Source: Octopus sinensis | Lineage: Eukaryota | Assembly: GCF_006345805.1 (NCBI RefSeq) | Contig: NC_042997.1 | Coordinates: 79,422,001 to 79,486,000, forward strand | Reading direction: 5' to 3' | Length of the DNA: 64,000 nucleotides | In this document: one piece after another, positions 39,904 to 54,608 of the stretch | How positions within the stretch are numbered: the stretch's first letter is position 1 | Layout: each line of letters begins with the position of its first letter | The notes under the pieces: generated by a model | Told to the model about the DNA's origin: nothing | The model's database searches: none | What the model saw: the letters and a program-made list of their open reading frames with translations, nothing else | Translations under genes and position numbers: made by a program

Positions 39904-40050
39904 CGTCTATACAATATAATTTGAAGAACTACACACCAGACATCAACACGAGGTCGAAAATGCATGCAGTTCTACCTATTACATTGTGGTCATTTTTCAA
40001 AAGCTTTCGTTTTGGCGCGCTAAATATATATATATATATTACATACATAC

Positions 40051-40111
<61 letters not shown>

Positions 40112-40112
40112 A

Positions 40113-40970
40113 TTTTAATCCAAACGGGAAACAAAAAAACAACAACAATGGAACAATTACAGTATTATTATTAATAGGCGCTCAGGAAATGGAAGCAGGG
40201 AGGTATGACGTTTCGAGCGGAGCTCTTCGTCGGAAACATAAAGAAGGAAGAGAGAGGAAAGAAAGATCCCAGAGCGGGCAACAGGGAAAGAGAAAAAAGA
40301 CGACTGGTGTTTACGAGTTGCACATGGTGAAAGGCGGATGTTTACGAAAACAGAGCAAAGTGGGTTTTTAAAGGCAAAAGAGTGGAGACAAGGTTGGTAA
40401 CGCAACAGATGTGTGTGTATGTGTGAGTGTGTGCGTGTGCGTGTGTGTATGTGTGTGTGTGAGGCGAGATGAAAAAACAAAAAAATATATATGTGTGTGT
40501 TAGTGTGTGCGTCTGTGTGTTGAGTAGTAGTGTGTGTGTGTGTCCAGTGTCGTGGTGGTATAAATGGCGAGTAGATTGAATGTGTGTAAGAGTAATGTAT
40601 ATATTTAAGCAATGTGTGTATATGTGTGCGCGTGTGTGTAACGAAAAAGGGGGGGGTTAAGGAAAAAGGACTCCAGCTGAGGGGAAGATGGAAGAGTGGT
40701 CCCGCGGAGGCGGGCGTGGGAAAACCCAACGACACGCGACGGTCCCAGGAACGGGCGGGAGGTCTTGTCGGTTCCAAGAGCGAGGTGCCTGCGGAGCGTA
40801 TGCATGCGCGAACCGGCGCAAGCGCGTGCGTGCGCGCGCCTGCGAGTATGCGCGTAAGTATGTATGTGTGTGGATGTGTGAGTGTGTCTGTGTGTATGTC
40901 CGGGTGGCAGTGTGTCCGATGAATGTATGTGAGTATGTGTGTATGTATGTGTGTGCATAGATGTATGTCC

Positions 40971-41001
<31 letters not shown>

Positions 41002-41760
41002 TGAGTGTGTATGTATGTACGTGTGGGTGTGGGGAAGTGTGTGTATGTGCATGTGTGTGCGCGTACATACAGGTGTGTGAGTGAGTGTGTGTGTGTGTAT
41101 GTATGTGTGAGTGTGTATGTATGTGTGTGTAGGATGCATGTATGTGTATGGGTGTATGTATGCGTGTGTGTATGTATGTATGTGTACGTGCGTGTGTGTG
41201 TGTGTATGCGTGTAGGTGTGCGCGTGTGCATGCATGCATGCATGCATGTGCGTATGTGTGTGTGTGTGTGCATGTGTGTGGGTATATATGTATGTGCGTA
41301 TATGTGTGTGTATGTGCGTACATGTGTGTGTGTGTGTATGCATGTGTGTGTATGTAGGTGTGTAGGCGTGTGTGTATAGGTGTATGTATGTAAGTATGTA
41401 TGGGTGTGTCCGTGTATGTGTGTGTATGTAGGTGTGTGGGCGTGTGTATATGTGTGTGTATGTAGGTGTGTGGGCGTGTGTATATAGGTGTATGTGTGTA
41501 TGTCTGGGTGTGTCCGTGCATGTTTGTGTGTGTGTGTGTATGCATGTGTATGTAGGTGTGTGTGTACGTGTGTAATGTATGTGTGTATGCGTGTGTATGC
41601 GTGCGTGTGTGTATGTAGGTGCGTGTGTATGTGTGTGGGAGTGTAGGTGTGTGTGTGTGCGTGTGCGTGTGCGTGTTTTATGTTGGTGTGTGCGTATGTG
41701 AGTGTGAGTGTATGGGTGTTTGTCATGCATGTGTGTGCGCGTGCAGGTGAGTGTGTGTCA
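40113..41760 (-). mobile_element. Long non-coding PLE-like unit (CA-rich body, CpG-rich core, minimal HHR at 40203-40237)
   Basis: gttt-CCGACGA-a-gagctccgctc-GAAACGTC^atac. End homologous to 32313-32503, GC/CpG island 40645-40860. Upstream extent uncertain. Confidence 0.6.
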
Positions 41761-41771
41761 CAACTACTACA

Positions 41772-41816
41772 TGAACCTGAAGATTGCATAGTTTAATACA
41801 TGAACGTACTAGTTCA
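41772..41816 (+). ncRNA. Degenerate minimal hammerhead (A15.1C) in pLTR-like remnant ending in (TA)n
   Basis: tgaac-CTGAAGA-ttgcat..atacat-GAAC-gtac-TA^gttca, perfect 5-bp stem I. Confidence 0.55.
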
Positions 41817-41922
41817 ATTAGAATGGTTATTTAAAACTCTATCATTTCATTATATTATATTATCATATATCATTATAAAATTGTAAATAAAAGGTGAAAA
41901 TCAAAGTTGGAATTTCTCTGAG

Positions 41923-41984
<62 letters not shown>

Positions 41985-42107
41985 CATTTACGGGAAGCGG
42001 GCATAGCAAGCTAAAACGATCTTTCCCTTGTGAGAGACTCACAAAAAGAAATAGCTGGGCGAGGCTTAGATAGATAGACAGTCAGACAGACTGGCAGATA
42101 GATAGAT

Positions 42108-42162
<55 letters not shown>

Positions 42163-42193
42163 AAGAATGAAAATGGAATGGACGACATTCTTT

Positions 42194-42314
42194 ATTTAAA
42201 ATCGCTGCAGTCGTTTCGATACATTTTTACATTCATTGAACATTGGTGAGATATTGTGTAATCATACCATCGATCCAAATTGTAAAATGTGCACCCTCAG
42301 GTGATCGTTTAAAT
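42194..42314 (-). ncRNA. Degenerate long-stem-II hammerhead
   Basis: gatcac-CTGAGGG-tgcacattttaca...tgtaaaaatgtatc-GAAAC-gact-GCA^gcgatt. Confidence 0.45.
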
Positions 42315-42779
42315 AAGTCCCTTGTTAGACCCTAATGCCATTTCACTCAGTATGAGAATATATATATCCAAAGCAGTGTGTTATTATCAGTAGTTTAGAA
42401 ACAAGACTAAACCCATAGATATAGTGACATTCTGTTTCTCCGATATAGAAAAGATTGCAAGGGGAATACTGAGGCGCACATTTCAGATTAGTTGTTTTCC
42501 TCCGTTGAGGAAAATGACACAAGGTGGTGAGAATGGAATGGTTGGTGGTGGGAGGAGGGACAGTAGTAGTAGTAGCAGAAATAGTTGGGGTTCCCTTTGG
42601 CTTACAACAGTCTTTAATCTAACCAGCGCTAGTGGTGTTGCTCCTCAAAATTATTGAGACTCAGAACTCTAACCGCCCCATCATCTCTGCCTGAACTCGA
42701 TGCCCTTCTTGCATCACCGGTTGCTGCCCTCCTCTCTCACATCCATAACACCAACAATGCTCTCAGTTTCTTCCATTCT

Positions 42780-44120
42780 TTCGCCTTCAACCCCGATCCC
42801 TTCGCCTCATTTCCACCATGATAATCAAGCCTCTTTACACCATCATCTCTCATGACAAGGGCCTCTGGGCTTTCAAACACGTCCTCGACCGCCACACTAC
42901 TCTCTGCCCTAGTACTTCTGCTCTCCTTCATCTAGCCGGGCTCGTGTTCCCCTTTTACTGTTTCTCCTCCACGGGCGAGATGCATGAAAATGTCACTGAG
43001 AGTCGAATCCAACTTTTCCATCCTATTTGTCGACTACGTTGAGTTCCAAATCTTCACCTACTTTACCTATCCTAATCTAGAGCTATATGACCGTTATATC
43101 GATGACTGTTTCGGTGCCATCTCTTTCTGCCGCGAGGATCCATACACTTTCATCTCCTTCGTCTTTTCACCTTCCTCTTCAATTTACGTCATCCATCTCC
43201 AATACCACTTTTCACGATTACGCTGTAATCGTCTTCATCAACAATTTTAATCTCATCCACCCCAACTTCATCTTCTATAACAGCTCAAACTCTCACTCCT
43301 ACCCTGACTTCCCCTCCTCGCGCTCCACTCACACCAAGCTCTCCATCCTCTATTCCCAGCTCTTCCCTCTCCAGTACCTGTGCAGCAGCAACCACGACTT
43401 CACGACGCTGACTTGACATATGACCCGTCTCTTTATTCGACGTGGTTACCTACCCATATGTATACAAGTTACCCTTTTCGTGTCCGTACCGTTGATCGCA
43501 CATCAGCCTTCATACTCCCCATCCAGAATCCCATCCACTGTATATTCTTACCTACCGCTCTGTCACTCTGTCCCTACAAAGCATCATCCTCTGCCACTTT
43601 CATCTTTCCTGCTACTTCCAGTTTCTTCCCTCTTACATTCATCCTTTCCTTCAAAAGTTCCTGCAACCTCTGCAGCTTCCTCATCTGTAGCTTCTCCTCT
43701 CCTATATCCTGTCCTTTCCTGGATCCCTTCCCTGCTCCCTCTCTCACTGTCATATCTCCCCTATTCTTTCTCATTCCACCTCTTTCATTGGTTTCAAACA
43801 TTGGAGACTCCTTACGCTGCACCTCCACTAATCTGAAATTTGCGCTTCAGTAGTCCTCTTGCAATCTTTTCTTTATCGAAGAAACCGGCAGCGCTGGCTG
43901 ATAGTTTCGTGAAACACCACAGAAACATCCGACTTACCAACCAGTCTCCTGTTTCTTGACAATTCTATTCCGTTGACCATTTCATCTATACCTATCGGTC
44001 TTCTGTGTAAACACCACCTTCAAATCTCACATCACATGCTCTCAGGAGAAGAGAAGCTCTTATTCTCTCCCCAATAATACGAATTTCGGTTTGAATTCTC
44101 CTCATCAATTCTCCTAAACT
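42780..44120 (+). mobile_element. Degraded Penelope-like element (Neptune type) RT + GIY-YIG
   Basis: TMIIKPLYTIISHDKGL, YDRYIDDCFG, TKLSILYSQLFPLQYLCS, IGDSLRCTSTNL..SCNLFFIEETG. Confidence 0.8.
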
Positions 44121-45585
44121 TTTCTTCTTTCTTGATCCTTCACTATATTACTTTCTCCTTTGTTTATCGCTCTTTTGTCTATCTCCTTTGTATATATCTC
44201 TTTTAATCCTCACGCACGCCACTCCCATGCACCCTACTCACACCTACACCGCTCTCACAATCACTCACAACGAAAAGGCTGTCACATACAAAAGATTCTT
44301 GCCGCCACCCAACCTCCTACTTCTGTTGCTTACGTACATACATACACACCCCTCATCTCCTCTCCAATCATGTCAACTTGACATTTTCACGTACACCAAC
44401 ACGCTCAGACACACATACTTAGAAACACCCTCATGTTGACACACGCATACCTATACACATCTACTTCCTCATTCATCCACTACCTTATCTTAGCACGCAC
44501 ACACACACACACACACACACAACACACACCCATCGGTACACCTTAAAACTGACATTTGTATGTTGTTTTACGTCCTGTGTGTCCTCCCTTTGTCTTAATC
44601 ATTCTGGACGTCTCAGAAACGCCCCACTAGGTGTAAAGAAATATATCGACTGCTTTCTTAGTCAGAGGATCTGACAGAAATTTGTTTTGCTGCTGCTTGT
44701 TCATTATCTTGAAAGTCCCTTTTCGTATACGTAATACATTTTTTCTTTCTAATATAGGCACATGGCTTGAAAAGTTTTTGGTGAGGTCGGGTTTGTCGAT
44801 TAAATTGACCAATAGTACTTAACTGATAATATCTTATCGATCTCGAAAGGAAGAACTCAGGACGTAAAGCCAGAAGAAATACGGATGAGCATTTTTTCCG
44901 GCGTGCTAACAATTCTACCAGCTCGCCATCTATACATATTATTTCAAGATGTTCATTGACATGATTTGGGTTCATCAGTCATTTTAACAGCTACGGTAAT
45001 AGTATTGCTGGGTTTCTATCAAACATCCTCTGGAAGATTGTCTAGTGGAGAAGCCGGTTTAGTTGCCTTCGAACCAACCGTGAAACGAGTTATACTCGAA
45101 TACATGTTAGCAGTAGCATTCAAAGCACTCGACACTCACCCATACATATATAAACGCACACATACATTGACAAATGCAGAAATACATATATATGTGTGCT
45201 CGGGTCTCTCTGTATATACAAACAGCTACATATCTACATATGTATATGTACACATACGCCACACATACACAAATACATACATTTGAATACACATACGTAT
45301 AGCCACAGTTACATATACATATGTATGTGTTCAAAAAGAAAACACACACTCACTCATATATATTTACACGTTATAACACACGCCTATAAGCATATATACA
45401 CTGGTAGACATACGTATACTTACACACAAAAGCATACAAATACGCTCGTAAAACACATATATACACACACATTCACACATACAAACATACATATACTTAC
45501 TTGCATATTTACATGTACACTCATTCACATATGCACAAGTATGCGTACATTTGGAAAAATGGTTCTGTTTAGATAACTAAACATA

Positions 45586-46850
45586 CAGTGGCGAACATAA
45601 AAAAGAGAGCGATTAATATTTTTTTTAAATTTCGGAAAAGCTAGTAAACGTACAAATTCGCAATTGGCTTCGTAAATACGGTTAACCATTAGCTAAATTC
45701 CGTGAAACAATTAAGTTTGTTCAATGGTCTTGATAAAAGTTAATAACACTAATACTAGTTTCATCCAAGTGTCTCATGTGCAAAATAAGAGAACGATTAA
45801 ACCAAAAACTGCTTTAGTTAACTCAAAGCCATAATTATGAGGAAAGAGATGTAAATATGAACTTAATACACTTAGTATGATGTTTGTAGACCTTTGTTGG
45901 AGATCACCTCTGCACATCGATTGCCACAGGACATAACAAGTTTCCTGCATAAGTCAGGTGTTACTTTCTTCCATTTTTCTTCTATTTCCCATAAATTTAT
46001 TGTAGTAGTTGGTGCACTTTGTGTTACTTTGTCTCCAAGTATCTTCCAAAGGTTTTCAATTGGATTTAAGTCTGGACTTTCTGTTGGCCACTTCATTACT
46101 TGCATATTTTGTTCACTAAAGAATCCAGTGAGACGCTTTGACAAGAGGCGTTATCTTGCATGAAAATGTTTGGTTGATTCGGAAATGCTTGTAATGATGG
46201 GATCACATGCTGTTTAACCAAATTCAAATAGATGTTAGCATTAATAGTGCCTTTAATCTGTGCTTGAGGGCCAACTCCAGAAGAAATCATTCCACACACC
46301 ATGACGCTTCCTCATCCAAACTTGGCAAATTTCTTCAGGCAACTGGATTTCAGTCGATCTTTTGTGAAGCTACCATCTGAACCTACTAAATTGAATTTGC
46401 TTTCATCGCTGAAATGAACTTTTGACCAATTCTCACCCCTCCAGTTCACATGAGCTTCTGCAAATGAAAGTCTTTCCAATTTGTTCTTCTTGTTGATGGT
46501 AGGTTTCGTTGCTGGGGAACAAGTCTTTAATCCAAATTCCTTCAGACGACGAGACACTGCAAAGCGGTTCACTTCTGTACCATTATTTACTTTTATTTTC
46601 TTAGAAATTCCAGCCGTAGTCTCGAAAGGATCCTTCAATACGTACCCGTTTTATGACTCAATCATCTCGCATGGTGGTTTTACGTTCTCTACCAGTTGCC
46701 TTTTTCGGTTCAAAACCTTTAGCTTCTTCATAGAGCTTAAGAACACGGGAAGTGAAATATATTTAAATATTAGGAAGCCTTAATTGTGAAAATGATTAAT
46801 GTATGATTGTAAACACATACCTTCTTTGATTTTGATTAGCGGAAAACACA
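45586..46850 (-). mobile_element. Tc1-type DNA transposon, frameshifted
   Basis: VHFSDESKFNL, IFMQDNA, WPTESPDLNPIENLW (DD34E-type). TA|CAGTGG terminus at 45586; other end not found. Confidence 0.9.
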
Positions 46851-46919
46851 TCGAAAGCATGTTTTTACATTCTTATATAGTTCGTTTTCACAAGTAAGGC
46901 TTTATTCTATTTACACACA

Positions 46920-46994
<75 letters not shown>

Positions 46995-48503
46995 ACACAC
47001 ACTCACACACACACACACACGCGCGCGCGTGTGTATTAGTGTATTTCTCGGTAGTTTTCGTTGTTTGTATTTATGACAGTAAAACTTGTTTCTTTACTGT
47101 TTTTGCTCTTTGTTTGCAAGTATAATGGGGCTTGTTGGTATTTGTGATGTTGGTTATGTCTGTGCTCATGGCGGTTGTTATGGTGATGATGGTGGTAGTG
47201 ATAATGGTCTTCGTAGTTTTGATGGTGTTGTTATTGTTGGAAGGTACTTCTGTCTGTTCGAACCCCTCACCTTTAATTATTTAATTATTGTGTTTTTCCT
47301 CTTTCCATTTTTCTTTGTTACATGTTACTATTTGCTCTCTGCCTCGTTATCTCTGTCATACGGTATGTCTGAATAGCTCTCGACAAGGAGGAGTATGTCG
47401 TGAGGCGTCATTGTCTTTTTGTGCTGTTATTGTTTGGGCGTTTCATTTGTATTTCTGCTCTTCGCTCTCAGTGATGGGAAACGGGGTTTCTTTCATTGTT
47501 GTTGTTGCTATTACAGCCGCTGCTGTTTTTGTGGTTGCTGGTCTTTTAGGTTATAGTGGAGTGTTTCCTCATCTCATTCTCTAGTGGGAATGTCACCTAT
47601 TCTGTGCTATACGTACCCTAGCGACGTATGTTTTGATTCCCTATATGAATCTGGGGCATTCTTCTACTTGCTGCTGTGTCGCCTGATCCATTTTCCTACT
47701 TGTTGCTGCTATGATTTTGTATAGTTTGTCTCTAGTCGGATCGATCCCGATACATTTGACGCAGCATTTCGTCCTGACTTCGAAAGAATGTTTTTCGCAT
47801 TTTTAATTCTTCCGACTTCTTCCAGCGGATGGCGTCGGCAAACCCATTAACGTCAAATTTGTAAGTTGTTGTGCCTTCATTTTTTTGCATTGGTGTTAAT
47901 GGTAGTGGAGGAGGTTACGGTGAAACTTGTAGGTGAATTCAAAGAACAAGTTGTTTGTTTTTCTGCCCTTTGTTCTCATTTTTGTTGTTATTATCGTTTC
48001 CGTATAATGCGCCGGGCAAAATGCTTAGCGGCATTTCGACTGTCTTCACGTTCCGCGTTCAAATTCCACCAAAGTCGACTTCGCCTTTCATCCTTTCAAC
48101 CTCAAGTAATTCATATATAAAGAATATATTACATATCATTCCTTCATGCATATATGCACATGTGCAAAAATATCTGCATACGTGAGTTTATACATACGTA
48201 CATGAAATTAAGCAAATTAACATTTCACACACACATAGAGACACACGCAAGTGCACACACACACATAAATACACACACACACACCTATATACATATATAT
48301 ACTTCAAATTATACAAATCATACAGCGTATATTTCAAAGTGAGCATGTGCACCATCTACTGTTTGTATATGCTCAGGTATATAGAATATATATGTGAGTG
48401 TATAATACATACATGCATACATTATTATGGCTGCCCCCTCGTTATCGAGTATGGCCATTACACGAAGCTTAACTGTTACTGGTGCTGTGATCGAATGTGG
48501 CTT

Positions 48504-48535
<32 letters not shown>

Positions 48536-48572
48536 CATACATACATACATACATACATACATACATACATAC

Positions 48573-48603
<31 letters not shown>

Positions 48604-48611
48604 CATACTTC

Positions 48612-51036
48612 GCTATAGAATAGGTAAGCTGCAGAATGAGAAGGCACTTGGAAGGGATCTAATAGTTGGATATTGATTGGTACAAGAAGCTGGCATTTTA
48701 GAGAAACCAGTTGATATGTATGTTCAAAAGGACTATGGAGGGTCAGACTGATATACCAAATTGGCTTGCTACCGCAAAGAGAAATCTTGTTGCCCAAAAT
48801 GAAATTACCGAGATGGCAGGAAACTACAGGCCCATTGCTTGCCTAAACATTGTGTACAAACTGTACACAAGTTGCCTCAACCAATTCTTTCAGGACCATT
48901 GTGAGTCGAAAAACATTGTGACAGATGAACAGGCTGATGGAAAGAAGGGAGTGTGGGGATGTGCCGAATAACTTTTGATAAAAAAACTGTCCTGTCTGAA
49001 GTAAGAAAACAACGCAGAAACCTTGTGACAGTATGGCTTCACTATAGGAAGGCATTCAACTCTATCCTTCAGTCATGGCTGTTGAAGTGCCTACATCTGG
49101 CAAAGTACCTACTTACCTTAATTGCTGCCATAGAGAGACTCACAAAGGTATGGAGAACTATTCTTACCCTTACAACTGAGAACAGAATAATTGTTTCTAA
49201 TAGTATAGGCATTACAAAGGGAATATTCCAGGGAGATAGTCTTTCTGTACTTATTTTCATTTTGGTACTGAATTCATTATCGTTCCTACTGCAGAAAACA
49301 AATGGTTACATGCTAGGTTCTTCAACTACCAGAAATATCAATTAACTCATAATTTCTTGTAGACGACCTGAAGATTTATGCTAAAAGTTTTAACAATGTA
49401 AAAACAAAAACAAAAACAAAACAAAGCAACTGGAATTAATAACAGCATTTTCAGCTGATATAGGTATGGAATTTGGCCAAAAGAAATGTTCATTTTTGGT
49501 TATAGAACGAAGAAAGACTGCCCCCCACCCCAAACCTGTGTATCAACGGTCTCTCTATCTCCCCCATTCCACACAAAGAATGTTAAAGTACCTAGACAGA
49601 CGAAAATGTATCATATAAAGGCACTGTGAATAAAGGTAGAGTGACCCGAGAATATTACATCAGACTTAGGAAAATATGGCTGGCGGAAATCTCCTCTTAC
49701 AACAATAGAATATTCCACAATGCACTTGCAGTACAAGTGCTGATCCCAACATTTGGTATATTTGATTGGTCTGTAGAGGAAATCCACCCCATAGACATCA
49801 AAACCCGAAAAATCCTGACAACTGGGAACTTCCACAAACAGTGATGTTGACAGGCTCTGCCTAAGAAGAAATGAAGATGGTAGAGACCTGAGATCAGTGC
49901 AGGCGGCCTTCGAATGCCGTATGATATCACTCAGGCAGCACCTGATAAACAACAGCAGCAAAAATAAATATATTAATGCAGTCCTGAAAAGTGAAGTGAG
50001 CAAAATTGTACGAGTTGGCAGTGAACTCCTCAAGAAACACTCTCTTCTTGATGATCTCCTATAGAGCCCCAAACCAGCTAGGCTCTCTTACCTCAGAGAA
50101 GACCTGGTAGAAAGCACTCAGCATACAAAAAGAAGACCATGCATAGGTATGTTGCCTGGAAGTTTGAAGAAGATGTTAGAATTTACATGAAGCGTAGCCT
50201 CTCTTGAACACAAGACCACTACATCACATCACACTTTGAATGTTATGTGTTTGCAATCCAGGAACAGGAGATTGCCACAAAGTAATTGGTGAACAAAAGA
50301 GACAGTGATACTCTTGTAATCCCAAGGTGCAACCACATGTGCAGGCTATGTCATGTTTCTGTGGAACACATTACGCATGTGATTATCAGCTGTCCTAAAA
50401 TGTCGTTGCGGTACTACCTCCCTATGCGGCACGATGTTGTTGCTAAAACAATTTACAATGCAATCCACAAAAAAGACTGTCCTGAAATAAACTTAGAAAA
50501 TCCATCTGTTATGGAATACATTCATAAACAACAATGCAAGTAATACAGATGGAATATTCCCATCAAAACTTCTGTCAAATGTAAACATAACGGGCCGGAT
50601 ATTGTTATTTGCGACAGAGGGGCAAAAGCATGTACCCTCATCGTGGTTAGATGACCTGTTGATATAAATATCTCTTTGAAGATCAAAGAAAAAGAGGATA
50701 TCTATAGACAACTGCTTTGAAACCTCCAGCTTCTATATCCAGACTATGAATTCATATTCATACCAATAATAATTGGAGCACTAGGTTTTGTTAGTAAATG
50801 CTTAAAGGAGAACCAGTATAAATTGGAATTTTCTGAAAGCGAAATTCACCAGCTGATTCGTACATTACAAGTCCAATCTGTGAGCAGAACAGTAAAAATA
50901 TGCAAGCCTTTTCTTAAGTTCTAAATGTAAATTTGTCTGTGTTAACTACATCTCAAAGATGGAACCTTGTATCTTTGCTGGAAACCGGCTCCCTTCTCAG
51001 TGGAAAATTTATAATAATTAAAATATAGAAGAGCCA
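48612..51036 (+). mobile_element. R4/Dong-like RLE LINE, 5'-truncated, degraded
   Basis: NYRPIACLN, WLHYRKAFNSI, GIFQGDSLS, VDDLKIYA, CRLCHVSVEHITHVIISC, RHDVV, PDIV, IPIIIGALG. Flanked by (CATA)n and CATACATAC. Confidence 0.9.
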
Positions 51037-51037
51037 T

Positions 51038-51077
<40 letters not shown>

Positions 51078-51090
51078 CACACACACACAC

Positions 51091-51184
<94 letters not shown>

Positions 51185-51233
51185 TAGATATACATACGTA
51201 TATCTATGTATGTTGATGTTTATACATATATAT

Positions 51234-52395
<1,162 letters not shown>

Positions 52396-52399
52396 GAAG

Positions 52400-53300
52400 T
52401 GATTATCCACACGTTGTGAGCTGTAATGCAAAGATATACAATATAAGAAGGAAAATTTACACTGTTTACATAGTTTTAATATATCTTAAATGGGTGAATA
52501 TTGTGAAGTCGACCAGTTTCGCATTTCGCTAATCATAACATTTCTTAAGAAGTTTTTCGTGCATATCCTTGGATGAGAGTTTGTAAATGAATCAGGAAGC
52601 AGAAAAAATCTAAGGGGTGGTAATTGGTAATTGTTATTATCGGGGAAGGGGAGGTAATTGCACATTTTTTGGATCGGATAAATTTACATAAACTCATGAG
52701 TTAAAGTAGTGAAATAAAATATGTACAGTGGTGGATATGCGATAACGAATTAAATTTTTACTGGAAGCAAAATTGGTTATGCGTTCATCTTCAGGTGTGT
52801 TTTGTATTTTTCGATAAATATATTTTCTTTATTTAATCGTTCTTGTACAGAAATTGTTTCCTTGAACTGCTAGATGGGGAAAATCGCGAAGATTTGTTGA
52901 AGATTCCCTGCACATCTCTCTTTGTGTTCACTCAAAGTTATCTGTCTATACCTTGGGAAACGATCTGTTCCTTATGAGTGTAGTTCTCCGTCTAAGTGAC
53001 ATACTTGTTTGGCCTATATAGTTGTGTCCACAACCTGAACAAGTTATAACATAAATTAAATTCTCAGATGCAAGAGTGAAATTGGTCTTAACTGTGAATA
53101 TCTCTCCTTGTTTGAAGTAGATTTCCAAACCTTCCAGTATGTTCCACAATTTAGACGTCCGCATTTAAAAACTATTAGTTTCGTTGTTGTACGGCGAAAT
53201 TTTAGGCTTTGGAGAAAATTTCATTAAATTGATGTTACGATGGCTAGTGTACAAAATGACTAAATTTTGCTTGAGAAATAAAATGATCTTACCTACTGGA
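52400..53300 (-). mobile_element. Neptune-type PLE 3' part (GIY-YIG + pLTR with HHR 52508-52539)
   Basis: NFTLASENLIYVITCSGCGHNYIGQT; downstream gtt-ATGATTA-gcgaaatgc-GAAAC-tg-GTC^gac. Confidence 0.8.
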
Positions 53301-53309
53301 TGTGGATAC

Positions 53310-54325
53310 AAGTGTTACCGCAAAGCAATCAGCCACCTCTTATATATGGATGACATAAAAGTGTACGCTACAAATGATAAACAGCTGGAAACATTACTAC
53401 ATGGATTTACCAAAGAAGTAAATATGAAATTTGGCTTAGAAAAATGTGCCAAAGCAATCTTGAAAGGAGAAAAACTAGTTAAGAGTAGCAACATCACACT
53501 AGATAAAGCAAATGAAATAAGAGAATTAGACTAAAGTCAGGCATACAAATATTTAGGGATCAATGAACTAGATACGATACAACACACACAAATGAAAAAA
53601 AAAATAAAAAAAGAATACTACAGACGAGTTAGATTAATACTGAAAACAAAGCTCAATGCGAAAAACAAGATAATAGGTATCAACACTTTAGCCGTCCCAG
53701 TTATAAGTTACAGCTACAATATCCTTAACTGGACACTAAATGAACTAATCAAAATAGACAGGAAAACAAGAAAAATAATGACAAAATTTAGGTTGTACCA
53801 CCCAAAATCTGACATAGAAAGGTTATATATACAACGTATAGAAGGTGGTAGAGCTAGAAAACTATTACAAAATAACTGCCATAGGACTAAAAAATACCTA
53901 CTTCAGAAGCAAGGAAAACTAATACAAATAGCCACAAAATACGAACAAAACAAAAACTGTTTTCAGTATTTAATGAAGCTGACAAATACAAACAAGAAGT
54001 CATAGTACCTAACAACTGTGAAGAAAAAGAAGAAACAACAAAAACTGTAAAACAAATGAAATTCAAACTAAAACTAGAACAGCAACGGATTATGATAAAA
54101 CGATAGCACGAAAAGCCCCTTCATGGCAAATACTTGGTTAAGGTAAAAGAAAAAGAAATAGACAAAGTAAAATCCCAACGATGGCTAAGAAGCTCAGGAC
54201 TCAAAGCAGGGACTGATGAATTTTTAATTGCAGCACAAGCCTCCCCACCAGAAATTACCAAAAACATATTATGAAAAGAAACATAACAAGTAACTGCAGA
54301 ATATGTGGAGATGGACAAGAAATAA
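53310..54325 (+). mobile_element. R4/Dong-like LINE RT fragment
   Basis: ISHLLYMDDIKVYA, FGLEKCAK, YKYLG, AVPVISYS, HPKSDIERLY, LHGKY, IAAQ, CRICG. Confidence 0.9.
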
Positions 54326-54577
54326 TAACTGTGTGAGTTGAGAGTATTGCTGTTTGGGAGATATCTTATGGTAGTAGAATAGTATTTAACTGCTATTTCT
54401 AAATTTCGGTACGTGGTGAAGCAATTTTGGTAAGCCCTAATTATAATTATGTTTATAGTTATAATAATTTTTGTATAAGTTTACCGATTAGGGTTCTTTT
54501 AACATACCGAACTACTTGGTAAGATTATTAATTATAAATTGATTAATTAATTTTACCGTTTATTATTATTGATTTTA

Positions 54578-54607
<30 letters not shown>

Positions 54608-54608
<1 letters not shown>

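Larger units (their letters stand above)
39160..40026 (-). repeat. Tandem dimer (period 517 bp) of a ~345-bp non-coding unit, each copy carrying an HHR
   Basis: Near-identical copies ~39160-39510 and ~39677-40026 separated by (TA)n. Confidence 0.9.

Noticed and set aside
47080-47950. Short ORFs with hydrophobic content
   Set aside because: No recognisable motifs or splice structure; probably a degraded repeat.
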